Source: Gnetum montanum
Lineage: Eukaryota > Plantae > Gnetophyta
Length of the DNA: 64,000 nucleotides
NCBI GenBank assembly: GCA_015680685.1
Contig: MNCI01000405.1
Span: 540,521 to 604,520, forward strand
Direction: 5' to 3'
Shown here piece by piece: positions 37,330-48,719 of this stretch. The notes under the pieces were generated by a model. The model had not been told where the DNA came from, did not search any database, and saw only the letters and a list, made by a program, of their open reading frames with translations. How positions within the stretch are numbered: position 1 is the first letter of the stretch; each line of letters starts with the position of its first letter. Both the position numbers and the translations under genes were made by a program.

Positions 37330-40300
37330 AAGTTGAATATTACTAGCAATAGATCATTTCATACCATAGTCAAATTTAGTGTAATTGGTGTTTTGATACT
37401 AGGAATCTAGACAACATTTCCAAATAAAGGAAATAATCTCAAATAAGAGGATTTTCCAAGCTTTTTGAAGGTGTTTCTTAACACAATCATCTTTGAAGAT
37501 ACATAGAGGGAAACCAACATAATGGTTAGGAAAAAAAAACTTGGAGAGGTTGACACAACTTCCAAATTTTTTGAGAGAATGAGCAATCCCAAAAGACATG
37601 CACAAAAGAGTCATTGGCTTGACAAATGGTGCATTTAGGGCAATCAACTACTAAGAAGTGAAGCCTATGTCCAATGGGAACACCTTGATGAATCAAGAAC
37701 CAAAAAAATAAATAGTGCTTAGGTGGGGCCCTGGAAGTCCAAACATGATGAAAAATAGCTTTCCAATGGTGATTCTTAAGATGAACACTACAACTTCTAT
37801 TTAAAGTGGAGAGTTGGAATTATTGCACATGAAATCAAGATTTGGCTTTAGAAAGGCATAAAAAATGCAAAGGGGAACCATAAAGACAAAACCAATCATC
37901 ATACCAAGGAGTATTATTATGCAACTTAGGAACACCAAAGTTGGAGAGAACATGCTCAATGTGCTGGTAAATAGGAGTATCTTATCTTTGAAACCCCCAT
38001 TGTACTTTGGCATGTTGCTAAGAAAGGGTAGTAGAATCATTCCTAATAGTAACTAATTGAGCAATTTGATGGATATTGTGATAAGCAAAATGATTGGCTC
38101 GATGAGAGAATTCATCATAAAGACAACGTAAAATATTTTTAAAAATAGGAGACCACCAAATGGAGTGCATCGACAAAGAGTTCAAGCTTATTTGGGAAGG
38201 TTTCCATTGCAAAAAGCCTTTAAGTTAACTCCAACACCGATAAATGTTCTTGAACAAGAAAGAACCTATAGTCTTCAGAGAACCTTTGCTAATGATCCAA
38301 TTACTCCAATGGGTGTTTTTCCATCTATGGTGATTACCAAGACAAGAAATGTTATGCCTAAAAAGGATCTTTCAAGCTTCATCTCCTTCTATATAGCAAG
38401 TGATCCACTTGGAGGCCAAGAGAATACTTTGATGCTCAATAGAGGCAAGGCATAAGCCCTCATGTTCCTTGCTTAAAGTCTAGATATCCAAAGCAACTTG
38501 ATGAAAAGCTTTGTGATTGTCCTTATTCCTTGATAAATAATTCCTAAGAATTTTGTTGATGCACTGAAAGGAAGATTTGGAAGGAGCCATCAAGGAAGAT
38601 TAGTACACATGAGTGGAGCTCAAAATATGATTAACTATAATAAATCTACTTGCAGTACATAAGGGTTTAGAAGTCCATTTCAAAGCTTTATGTTTTACTT
38701 TTTCCATCACATTATTCCATAAAGTAGTGGGAGTGGTGAATAAAGCAATCGGGATACCCAAAAGTGTCAAAACATCGATAGGAGAAAGCCACTTGATATT
38801 AAAATGATAAGTCCAAGTAGGCCTTGGGGAGAAGCTATACCAAATAGTTTGCATTTTGTTCTAATTGATTTTATCTCCTAAGGCTCTACAATATGTGTCA
38901 ATGCAATCCAAGGTGGTGTTAAAATTATTATGGTCCTCATGCAAAGTGAGAAAAGTGTCATCCACAAACTGGCTATAAATGAGATCCTTTCCTTCTTGTG
39001 GAAGAGAGATACCTCTTAGCCTCATAGATTCATTGTGAGATCTAATAATAGCTCCAAGAACATCAACAACTAGGATAAAAAGATAAGGAGCTAAAGGGCA
39101 TCCCTGTTGTACTGATTTTTGAAGCTCAATAATCTTAGAGAAGGTTTCGTTGATACAAATAGCTGAAGGGGCCTCTAAAAAAACCATATCAATATGTCTA
39201 TTAAAAATAGTACCTAAGTTATGATGTTTGACTATACTTCTTAAAAAGGACCAATTAAGCATGTCATAAGCTTGCAAAATTGAGCGTACGAAGAATGACA
39301 TTTTGATCTATGGAAGAAGCCTAAAGCAAGACCTCAATAGCATTAACAACATTGTCTAAAATATATCTACCTTGAACAAAACCAATTTGCTCTTTGCTTA
39401 TGAGATGAGGAAGAAAAGGTTTTAATTTATTAGCTATAGCTTTAGCAACAATTTTATAGATAACATTTACAAGAAATAGGGCACTAGTTGCTAATGCACA
39501 TATGATCTCCTAACTTGGGCAGAAGCTTAATAATACTGGCATTGATCAATTTGTCAAAGGAACCTTTCCTAAGAGCTTTCTTATACACACTATACATAGT
39601 ATCTTGAAGAGTAAGCTAGAATTTCTTGAAAAATTTTGTAGGAAGGCCATCCATACCAGGGGCTTTGCCATCATGGAGTTGTTGAAGAGCTTTACCAAGA
39701 TCCTATTTAGAAAGTAGAGAAGCATCACCAAAGATAGAATGATTAAAAGAAGTAATAACTCCTAAGCAGCTATTAACTGTAGTGGGATCAATAGCTTCTT
39801 TTTGAAAAATTCGAGAGTAGAACTCAAAGAAAGCCTATAGAATGTTAGTCTTGGAGGTAAAGATATTATCATCGACTTGAATAGTTGAGATTTTAGGGGA
39901 CAAGTGTCTCCCTTTGAGGAGATGAAAAAATCCTTTAGTAGCCTGGTCACCCATGTGGAGCCAGGAAAGATGGGTGCAAATGTGAGCACCTCTAACTTCA
40001 TGGTGATCCATTATACACATGTTCTCCTTGGGAATTTGCAAGCTATAGAATTGAGCCCTAGTAGCTTCAGCTCTATTAATGACATTTTGTAATAAGAAGA
40101 TTTCCTTATGAAGGTTGGACTTATGAGAATTTAGTCTTGAAGCAACCAATTTACCTACATGTTTGGAAAACCACCAGGGGCAAGTACAAGCATTAGTACA
40201 CCAATCAATTCAACTGTCTTCTCCAAGGGGTTTAGGATATAGATTCCATATTGGCATCAATAAAGATCAAAAGGAGATACTATGAAGAAAGGTAGTGTTA

Positions 40301-41065
40301 AAAATATAAAGGTCATTAGAAGAGCAGGAGTAGCCACAGAGGAAATGAGACCAGTGAATAGGATAATGATCTAACAAAACTTGGGTATAATCTACCTAAA
40401 CAAGAGCACCATTTAAATTGAATAGAAGCATCTATAGATAGGTAAATCCAATTCAACATAGAAGAAGTGTAAGAGTTTCCATATCTAGCATTGCTCCAAG
40501 TAAACCAATTAGAAGTACAGAAGAGGGGTAGTTTCCATTAGCTTCTTGCAAATTCAATTTGTTCTTCAACAAAAGCTAAACAGAAAGCTCCCTATTATCT
40601 AAACCACCTCTCTATCCTCCAAATTTATCCTCTAGATGCCCAAAAATATTAAAGTCTCCTGTGATGATCCAATTAGCTGTAGGCAAGTTGTGCCTAAGCC
40701 AATTCCAAAAAAGCTTATGATAATTCAAATTACAAGGAGCATAAATGGAAATGATCACTAGGATTTCATTAGTGTACTATAATAAAACCCAATAACAATG
40801 CAAAAAAATTTTACAACTGTGATTAATAATAGACTCCTACCACTTATAGTGAAGAAGAATTATAGCTCCCCCTTTGCCCTGTTCATGGTGAGAGGAGATA
40901 TAATAACTATTGGGAAAAATACTCTTACAATAGGTTTGAAGATGAAATCCTTGAATTTTAACTTCTTGAATACAAACAACATTGAGGGAATGCCTATGAA
41001 TATAATCTTAGACTATATATCTTCTACGGGGATTCGAGAGTCCCCTAACATTCCATGAGCAACAC
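37330..41065 (-). pseudogene. LINE ORF2 (AP endonuclease - RT - zf-RVT)
   Basis: SWNVRG (~41050), CIQEVK, WIITGDFN (~40650-40672), KAPGMDG (~39650), QGCPLAPYLF and QFVDDT (ORF 38861..39301), CPIC...HVFWDC (~37585-37635). Confidence 0.92.
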
Positions 41066-41099
41066 TTCATTGTGTTTGTGAAGATGATGGAGGATCCCC

Positions 41100-42199
41100 C
41101 TCAACTACTAAAGCCTTAAAAGAATTCCTAGACTCAAAGCTATTTACTGAAGGATGATGAGCACTTGTTCTTCTACTAGTAGTCTAATTAGCATTAACAA
41201 AAATTGGGGATTGGTGCCCTTTAGGGAAATTTCTAAAGATAGGATTATCTCATGTGACTGAGGCATAAGATTTCTGGTAACTCACTCCTAGCCACTAGTC
41301 GGATCTTTTGGGACCCCTTCCTGGTTAAGAGGAGTATTATAATATCAGTATCATCAATATTCATATCCTCTGCATCTGACATCTTGGGGTTTGAAGAAGA
41401 AGGATTAGCCAAGCACACCTTGACAATATCATTACCTATATCCTTAGATATATTTTTAACTTTTAATTCTTTACTAACCTATTCTACTAAAATTCTCTCA
41501 GCTTCAATCTTGGCCAATAATTTTGTACATTAAGCTTTTCAATGGTTAGGATTAAGACAATAATAACAATAGTTTGGAAGCATAGGATTTGAAATTTTTT
41601 TGAACAAAAGTCCTTTCCTTCACATTAAATTCTAGTGAGTCAAGACATGGCTTTTGCATATAAATTTTAACACACACTCACCAAGTTGGTCTTGGATGGA
41701 AACCTAAAAAGGACTCCATAACAATGGCCTCCCCAACCTGCATAGCAAGAATGTCAACATGGGGAGAAAAATGAGAAGGGAGCCCTAGAAATTCTATCCA
41801 AATTGGCAAAATACTTTTACTCTCTTTTTTAGGGTCAAAATCCTCCTTCCATGGTTGAAGCACTAAACAGGATCCATAGACATCCCAAATTGATTATTGT
41901 TTCACGAAATCTACCATAGCCTTGGTTTCAAAAGCAAAAAGAAAAAACCCTTTGGTGAGATTAGAAGCCAAGGTTAATCTAATGTTATGAGATTCCCAGA
42001 ATTTTTTGGCCCATTATTGAAAAACTGAAGTAGGAGGAATCCTGCCAATAAAAAATTTGATTGCATAAAGATGGTTAAAGGTTTGAACAATTTGATCAAA
42101 GATGTCTTCAGGGAAGTCAAACCATAGAATGTTGTCATTATCATCCATTTTAGTAGTATTCACTCCAACATCAAAAAATGAAGAGACAATTTGGGTCAT
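41100..42199 (-). pseudogene. LINE ORF1 (DUF4283-like + zinc knuckle)
   Basis: KGFFLF.F (~41935-41952), LQPWKEDFDP...PIWIEFLGLP (ORF 41678..41863), CYYCLNPNH (~41542-41568). Confidence 0.85.
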
Positions 42200-42769
42200 G
42201 TAGACTGCTTCAAGAAATCAGAGCAAAGAATGTATTAAGAAAAAGAAAAACAAAAAAAAAGGTACAGACTCACCAAGATGCTAGAAGAAAAATCCACAAC
42301 AAACTAGTATTTGTAGCAATAGATAATTCTTGGGGCCACTAGCTATCACAGTCCCCAACGCAACAATAAGAAACCCTACCGTTCACTAGAACTATGGACA
42401 AAAGTGAAGAAGAACCCTCAATCGTGACCTTGCAAACCCTACCATAGAACCAAAGCAACAAAACCCCAACAGCTAAATCCTCAAAGCTTTCACCAATTGT
42501 CCTTCATGTGGAAAAATCCTCAGAGTGGCAAAAACCCTCAAAGGTCAACCAACCTACAACAACAATGTCAGCAACATCCACTGACATGGATCACAAAGCT
42601 TCCACCCAAACACCATCAACCTCGCAAGCGCCGCTGTTCATAGATGAATTCATGAATGAGAACCTATACCTAGAAGTTGTGCAACCCACAAGGATTACAA
42701 TCAATCTATGCTAATCTCAATAATTATTTAAACATATAAGTAACTACCTCTATTTAAAAACACCGCATA

Positions 42770-42935
42770 ATCTGGTTGGCTTGTTAGGTGGGGCTTAAAA
42801 TTTAGGTTGGATAATTGATAAGTTACAACTTCAATCCCTAGTCCCTATCTATTAAAATTATTATTATTATTATCATTATTATTATTATTATAAATATTAT
42901 TATTTATTTTATTTAATTATTATTATTTTATCATG
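42770..42935 (+). repeat. Possible tRNA-derived SINE-like remnant followed by an (ATT)n microsatellite
   Basis: A-box-like TGGCTTGTTAGG (~42777), B-box-like CTTCAATCCC (~42829), then an imperfect (ATT)n tract at ~42857-42930. The microsatellite is certain and the SINE call is weak. Confidence 0.3.
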
Positions 42936-43908
42936 CCTAACAATCAACTTTAAATAACCTTATCTCTTAAATTGTAAGTTCAATCAGGACAAAATTTGTA
43001 CCATTGGAATCATCTCAACGAGTAATATGCATTAGACATGGTTTTAGGGTATGAAAACTAAGTTGTATTTTCATAATTTGAATGGCCCAAACTAAATTAT
43101 TTTGATGATTAATATCATTAGGTTGATGTATGGGTAACCTAATGACTTCTAGATGACTTATATTTTAACTATAAAGGATATACCAACCCTTGAACATGAA
43201 TATAATACTTTTACCTTATAATTTGGCAAGTATGATGTACGCTTGTTTTCTCGTATCATGACTATACCCTAGTGAGATACTAAGAAGAAGCAAGACATGA
43301 AAACATTACCCACCAAGTATTGGTTTTCCTATGAGTATCATGGTAATAACCCTTGGTTGAGTAGGAATGAAATAATCTTATAAATAGGTTGAATCCCTTA
43401 AAACTTACCAATGCATATTCCTTAAACCTACCGATACAACCTTTATGACTAGATTGAATCCATTAAATTTAATACATAGATCTTAGGTAAGATGAGTAAT
43501 GCCAAAATACAGGGCTTTGGTGCTTAGCATAATGAGTTTTAACAAGACAAGATCAACTTAGCTTATGGTTACTAACCTTTTAGGAGAAACTTGATAATGA
43601 TCTCAATTAATTAACATTTTATCATTAGTACAACATGGGTAAGAATTACTTTGACTAATGTATCTTTGTCTTACCAATGTCTTTTGCAATTGATGAATCT
43701 TGATGAGGAGTAATCAAATCTTCCTTGGTCAGGGATATCCATGAAACAATCTTCTTATTTGGTGGGCTAAGGATAATATTGAACATATGGTGCACCTAGT
43801 GGTAGTCCATGACTCTCTATGGGTCATGCCTTCATGGTTTATCATTGGATTGTAGTCGACCCTTTCATTCTAATTGGCCCTTGGGTTATGGTTTACTCCA
43901 ATACCAAA

Positions 43909-44481
43909 TGTGACATCCCATTCCTATATGTTATGGAAAACATCAAATATACATTATATTATACATTAGGCATAAGAAGAAAACATAGCAAATGCCGAAT
44001 ATGTGTAACATTTGACATTAAGTGTAAAGAGAGTAACAAGGAAAATGTAGATGAAAAGAGGAAAGAATGTTGTATTGATATAGAATAATATATTTGGATC
44101 ATGCTCTAGGTGTTTCTTGGGTCTTTCTTCCTTTGGCATCTATCCCTTAGAGGCAATCCAACACCACCACCATCGCTAGGCCTATCATTGGCCAAAAGGG
44201 ATGGATAATCCTCTTTATGTTCTACTTCACTTGGCACCTATTACTCACCTATACCATCTCTACAACTCCATGCTAATATGACCTCTAATGCCCATGTATA
44301 ACTACCTTAGGTCAAACCCCCAAAGATTACATTGAGAGATATGTCCATTATTACAACACATCCATTTGGATCTTAATTACAACTACCCCTTTCGGGTCTT
44401 GTTATACTAATCTTAGGATTAGTTATGAGAAGACACCATCTTCATTATGCAATGACACCATTTGGAAACAAGGACATTACA
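43909..44481 (-). repeat. Element F 5' LTR
   Basis: TGTGACA...ATTACA termini, adjacent to the PBS. Confidence 0.92.
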
Positions 44482-44904
44482 TTTATTAAGATAGAATGGT
44501 GGATTAATCTTTTAAGACCATAATGCATATGTAGATTCTATCCATAACTAGTAGTGGAAGATGAAGACATGGCTTTATGAAAAAATTCAATTTTTAAAAA
44601 ATTTATTTAAACTTAAATATGACATTTAAGCAAGAGATTTTTTATAATTTTTCAAGTTCGAATTATCAACCTTTGGGCACTTCTTTAATGAGGTTTTTAA
44701 GACTTTCCAATAATATATTAAAACTTTGTAAATCCTTTTTTGTTTATACTATAGACTCTTTTGAGGATTTTCTAAAATGCAATAAATCATTTTCATTCTA
44801 TATTTATTACCAAACTCAATTCACATCAATGTTTTTTAAGAGAAATATACTTATATTATATCATATGAAATCAACTCAAACTAGGAAAAACATTACATAG
44901 CTAC

Positions 44905-45774
44905 TGATGAGTGGCGAGGTACCCCTACACTCAACCATACGAATATGAGCGTTTCACGCACAATCCAGTCAAACTCCATAGACGAACTAGTTATGGTATC
45001 TAGATAGTTATTCATAGGTCACAGTTCGCTGTCTTCCCACCTAGAATAGTATTAGCTTTGTCACATATGGTTTAGTCCAGAGTGAGGTGTATGATGTGTT
45101 CCTACACTAATGCTACTCCTGGGTAGGATGGGAAATAGTATTAACTAAGCTAGGAGAGAGAGAGGGTGAGAGAGAATCTAAGCTAGCCTAAGTTCAATGA
45201 GCATCCATTCCTTAATCATCCATACACATCTTGGACCTCATGCATGACTACCACTGGGATTACCAAACGCATGGCCTAGGTACGCTACTGGGTTACCAAG
45301 TAGTTACACTTGAATGCTCGTGATTAAGTCGTACTCATTCCACATTACTAGGAGATAAGGGTAGAGAGATATTAACTAAGAAAGCAGTAAATAACAATTA
45401 AATAAATAAAAAATTAAGCTAAGTAGATGCTGCAATGATGAAGTAATCTTGATCTTTATTGCCAGTCATGTGCATGTCCAAGTACGTCACACTCAAATAA
45501 GGATGTCGTACAGTTACAATCACCACACTGTAGGCATGCACTGAGAGAAAAGGGTTGAGAGGGAAAACTAATGTACTAAAAACTTATTGAAAACTTAAAC
45601 TTAATAACTCTAAAAACTACCTACCATATTTTCCTACCTCTTATTTATAGATGAGCAGACAGGTTGTGATATCGCATACACGATATCTCGTCTAGGCTGT
45701 GATATTGTGTACGTGATATCGTGTATGCGATATCATGGCTACGATATCGCAGCTAACAAATTTATGACTCATCA
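44905..45774 (-). repeat. Element D 3' LTR
   Basis: TGATGAG...CTCATCA termini and high similarity to 50777-51646. Confidence 0.95.
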
Positions 45775-45965
45775 TACCCCCACGACTGAATGAAAACTCG
45801 TCCTCGAGTTAAAGTGAGAACAAGCTCTATTGATTACATAGTGGATAGGTATGGGATTATTAATTGATGAGAATGGATTCATGCTATAGTGTGGAATCAG
45901 AACAAAATTGAGACATAACAAAGAGAATGTAAAAGAAAATCTTATAGCTACAAAATTGATGAAAC

Positions 45966-46732
45966 TCATGTAGTTCCTGGTGGTGGTGGCTCTTCCATGT
46001 GTGTCTTTCCCTTGTCTTGCACTCCAGATCTTGGGATTTGATGGCATTGAAGTATGTCCTGGAGTTTCTCCTCTTGTAAGGCCTTGAGTGCCTTGGTGTG
46101 TGCATAAGTTTGTGCTTGTTCCATAGAGGCATCCCAGTCAGCCTTCTCTTTTTCTTTCGCCACCCTTTTATTCTCTGTCAATAGTTTATTGAGTTGCTCG
46201 GTTTGAAAGTGTCCAGCTAGTTCTGAGCAACCTTTGGCCCTGTATTCGGAAGGTTTAATACTTTTTAAATGGCTTGAACAGAGAAATCAACACTCACACC
46301 ATAAATGTTAACTGTGGTGCCTTCTTCTTTGTTGTGCCAAAATTGGTACATTTCCCCTAAGTCCCAGGCACTACTTTCAGAGAGGGTAATCCATAATGGG
46401 AACCCTTTGAGGTGATCCCTAATGGCCTCTTAAGAAAATTTTGTGAAAGGTCCAAAGTTTAATTCCACAATCACTGCAGTTAATATGGACCTTTCATGGA
46501 TGGCCTAAACATAATCCTGAGGAAACGTGAGATGTCGTCCCTATTCAGACACTGTAGCAACTCCTCCTTCTACCTACCTTGATTGTACAATGGTAGGGTC
46601 TTCTTGGTGGATACTAAATGATTGTTCCTCCTACTCTACATGTTGTTTAGCAGGAACTTGTCCTTCACCTCTCCTAGGTTGCTTGCTCCCACCTTGAGCA
46701 GGACCTTCCTGTTGTTTGCGTTTCAAGGCCAT
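45966..46732 (-). pseudogene. Element D truncated accessory ORF (homologous to the start of the element B extra ORF)
   Basis: Starts MALKRK at 46732. Region ~46430-46660 aligns with B ~12960-13215. Coiled-coil fragment in ORF 45966..46181. Confidence 0.6.
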
Positions 46733-48719
46733 CTACAATCACATAGGGCCAATCGTTAGTAAGGTTGTTACCAAAGTTAGGTTATACCTTACTACTTGCC
46801 TTAATGAATTTTATTTATCTTTGTGTGATGTTACTTATTAGGAGAAAATGTCCCCGAAAGATTATAATATTGAATCCTCTTTACTTAGGTGGTTTCCAAA
46901 TCTAGTTTCCTAGTATAACTAAGGAGATAAAATTGTTTTTGGAGCATTTATCCTTAATTTTATAACTAATTACCCTTAATAATGTCCTTTGGGTGATGAA
47001 AAATTTCAAAACATTTATGTGCTATTCGACATGTGCCCCTCTCCCATGACTAAGCTGAACACTCCAGGTTCAAGTAGGTTCAAACAGAATGAAAATCGAA
47101 GTACCAACGAGCGCGTTATGGATATGAAAGCAAGGGACATGCAATCGCAAGTCGTGGAGAGAAATTTGAAAAACTTCCCCTGCATGAACAATTGCAAATG
47201 ATGTTGATTAATGTAGGGGAGTTGCATAGATATATATTTTTGGGATACGATATTGCATACGCAATATCGTGGCCTATCGATGTTAGGGCACTTTATAGAA
47301 TGTACTGAATTTTTAAGATTTTTCTAAAATTAAATGATGTAAACTAAGGACATCTGAATGAGTGTTAAGGGGTTCTAGGGTAATTCAAGTAGTTCTGAAG
47401 GCACGAAAATTATGATGGTGTGGAATTTATCAATAAGGACCTTAGATGGTAAGGGGGAGAAAAAGCCTATGTGATTGTTCATAGGAATGTTTGAATTAGA
47501 GGGATAGTAATAAGGGAAAGAATATCATTGACAATATGCTAAGGGTAATAGATGGTGTGCAGAAGATGTGTTACGAGTGCAAATTATAAAAATTTACGCA
47601 AGTGGATCCTCCCCAAAGCAGGTTCCAACCTATAATGCCCTTGCATAACCACACTTAAAAGTGTTCGTAGGAATTAGAATGGTTAAATGTAATCCACACT
47701 AGTTCCATAAAACACACACATGTAAGTATCACCAGAATGAGGTAAGAATTCTATGTTGCACAAGACATGAGTTACAATTACATGAACAACAAGATGAGAT
47801 GGACTGCAGAAGGGATTGTAGAGATTGGGGCATGAGGTAACTGACCTAGGGCACAATGAATTCTGCGTGTAAAGCATGATTAATGTGTCATTAACCTGTT
47901 GTTCCAAGATCAGGACCAAGTCCATTCCTCTGATTAGTGACACTGCATTGTTTCATCTCATGATGAGCAACTATGAGAGTACCATAACAACAAGGTGGAT
48001 GATCACTTGGCATTTTTTTCAAGGGAGGAGTGATTTTTTCCTTATGGCACTTTCTTTGTTGTTGTTTTTTTTTTTTTTGGATTGCTGAATCCAGAGAAGT
48101 TGCCAACCTTCAGGCATGGGTGCATGTCTTTCCAGTGAAACCCTCTAGAACACCATTGGATTTTTGAGTGCCTTTTAATTACTCCTACTCCCATTTTGCG
48201 TTAGATCTACAAGGATCTTAGTACAACCAAGTTGCGTGATAACTCTCACAGACATCACCAAAGAGAATCCGCAAGTCCCCTTGATGTCACATCCTAATCA
48301 TTCCCTCTTGATCCATCCCTCTTCATTCTGGGTACAATGAACACAAAATTAATTTTAAGTTTTAATATTGTCAATAATATCACTGTACCCTCGAACAAAA
48401 CCTCTTATTTGTAGAATGGATGAGTGGGTGTAATGGGCTCACTGTCCAAATAATTGATCACTCGAGACTCGATAACATAGAACACACCTCAACCAATGAG
48501 CCACATGAGTGTTTTATTCGTAGATGAGATTACTTATAAAAAGATAAAAAGACAAAAAGATAAAAAAGCAACAAAAAAGAGATTGAAAAACTGGAAAACA
48601 AAAAGTTGTAAAATTAAAGAAAATGAAAAATATTTATTAATCCTACTTGTTATTAAAATGGGGAATATCCCCCATAACTAAATGGTTGAGCATGGCAAGG
48701 ATTAATAAATGAAAGAGGA

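Larger units (their letters stand above)
37170..42715 (-). mobile_element. Near full-length degenerate L1-clade LINE
   Basis: ORF1 and ORF2 motifs in canonical order. The ends are approximate, with no clear poly(A) or TSD. Confidence 0.88.
35845..43272 (+). mobile_element. Probable non-autonomous Helitron inserted in element F (contains a nested LINE)
   Basis: 5' end A|TCTATTATTATCTATCTATAAAG, 3' end with an imperfect hairpin (ATGATGTACG...CGTATCAT, ~43232-43259) followed by CTAG|T. No TSD and no Rep/helicase remnant were seen. Confidence 0.5.
33492..44481 (-). mobile_element. Element F: non-autonomous LTR retroelement carrying a CCR4-like gene
   Basis: LTRs 33492-34048 and 43909-44481 in direct orientation, TSD TCTAT (33487-33491) / TTTAT (44482-44486), PBS TGGTATTGGAG (43896-43906, tRNA-iMet-like), PPT AAAGGAGGTAGAT (34049-34061). 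No gag/pol motifs of its own were found. Confidence 0.85.
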
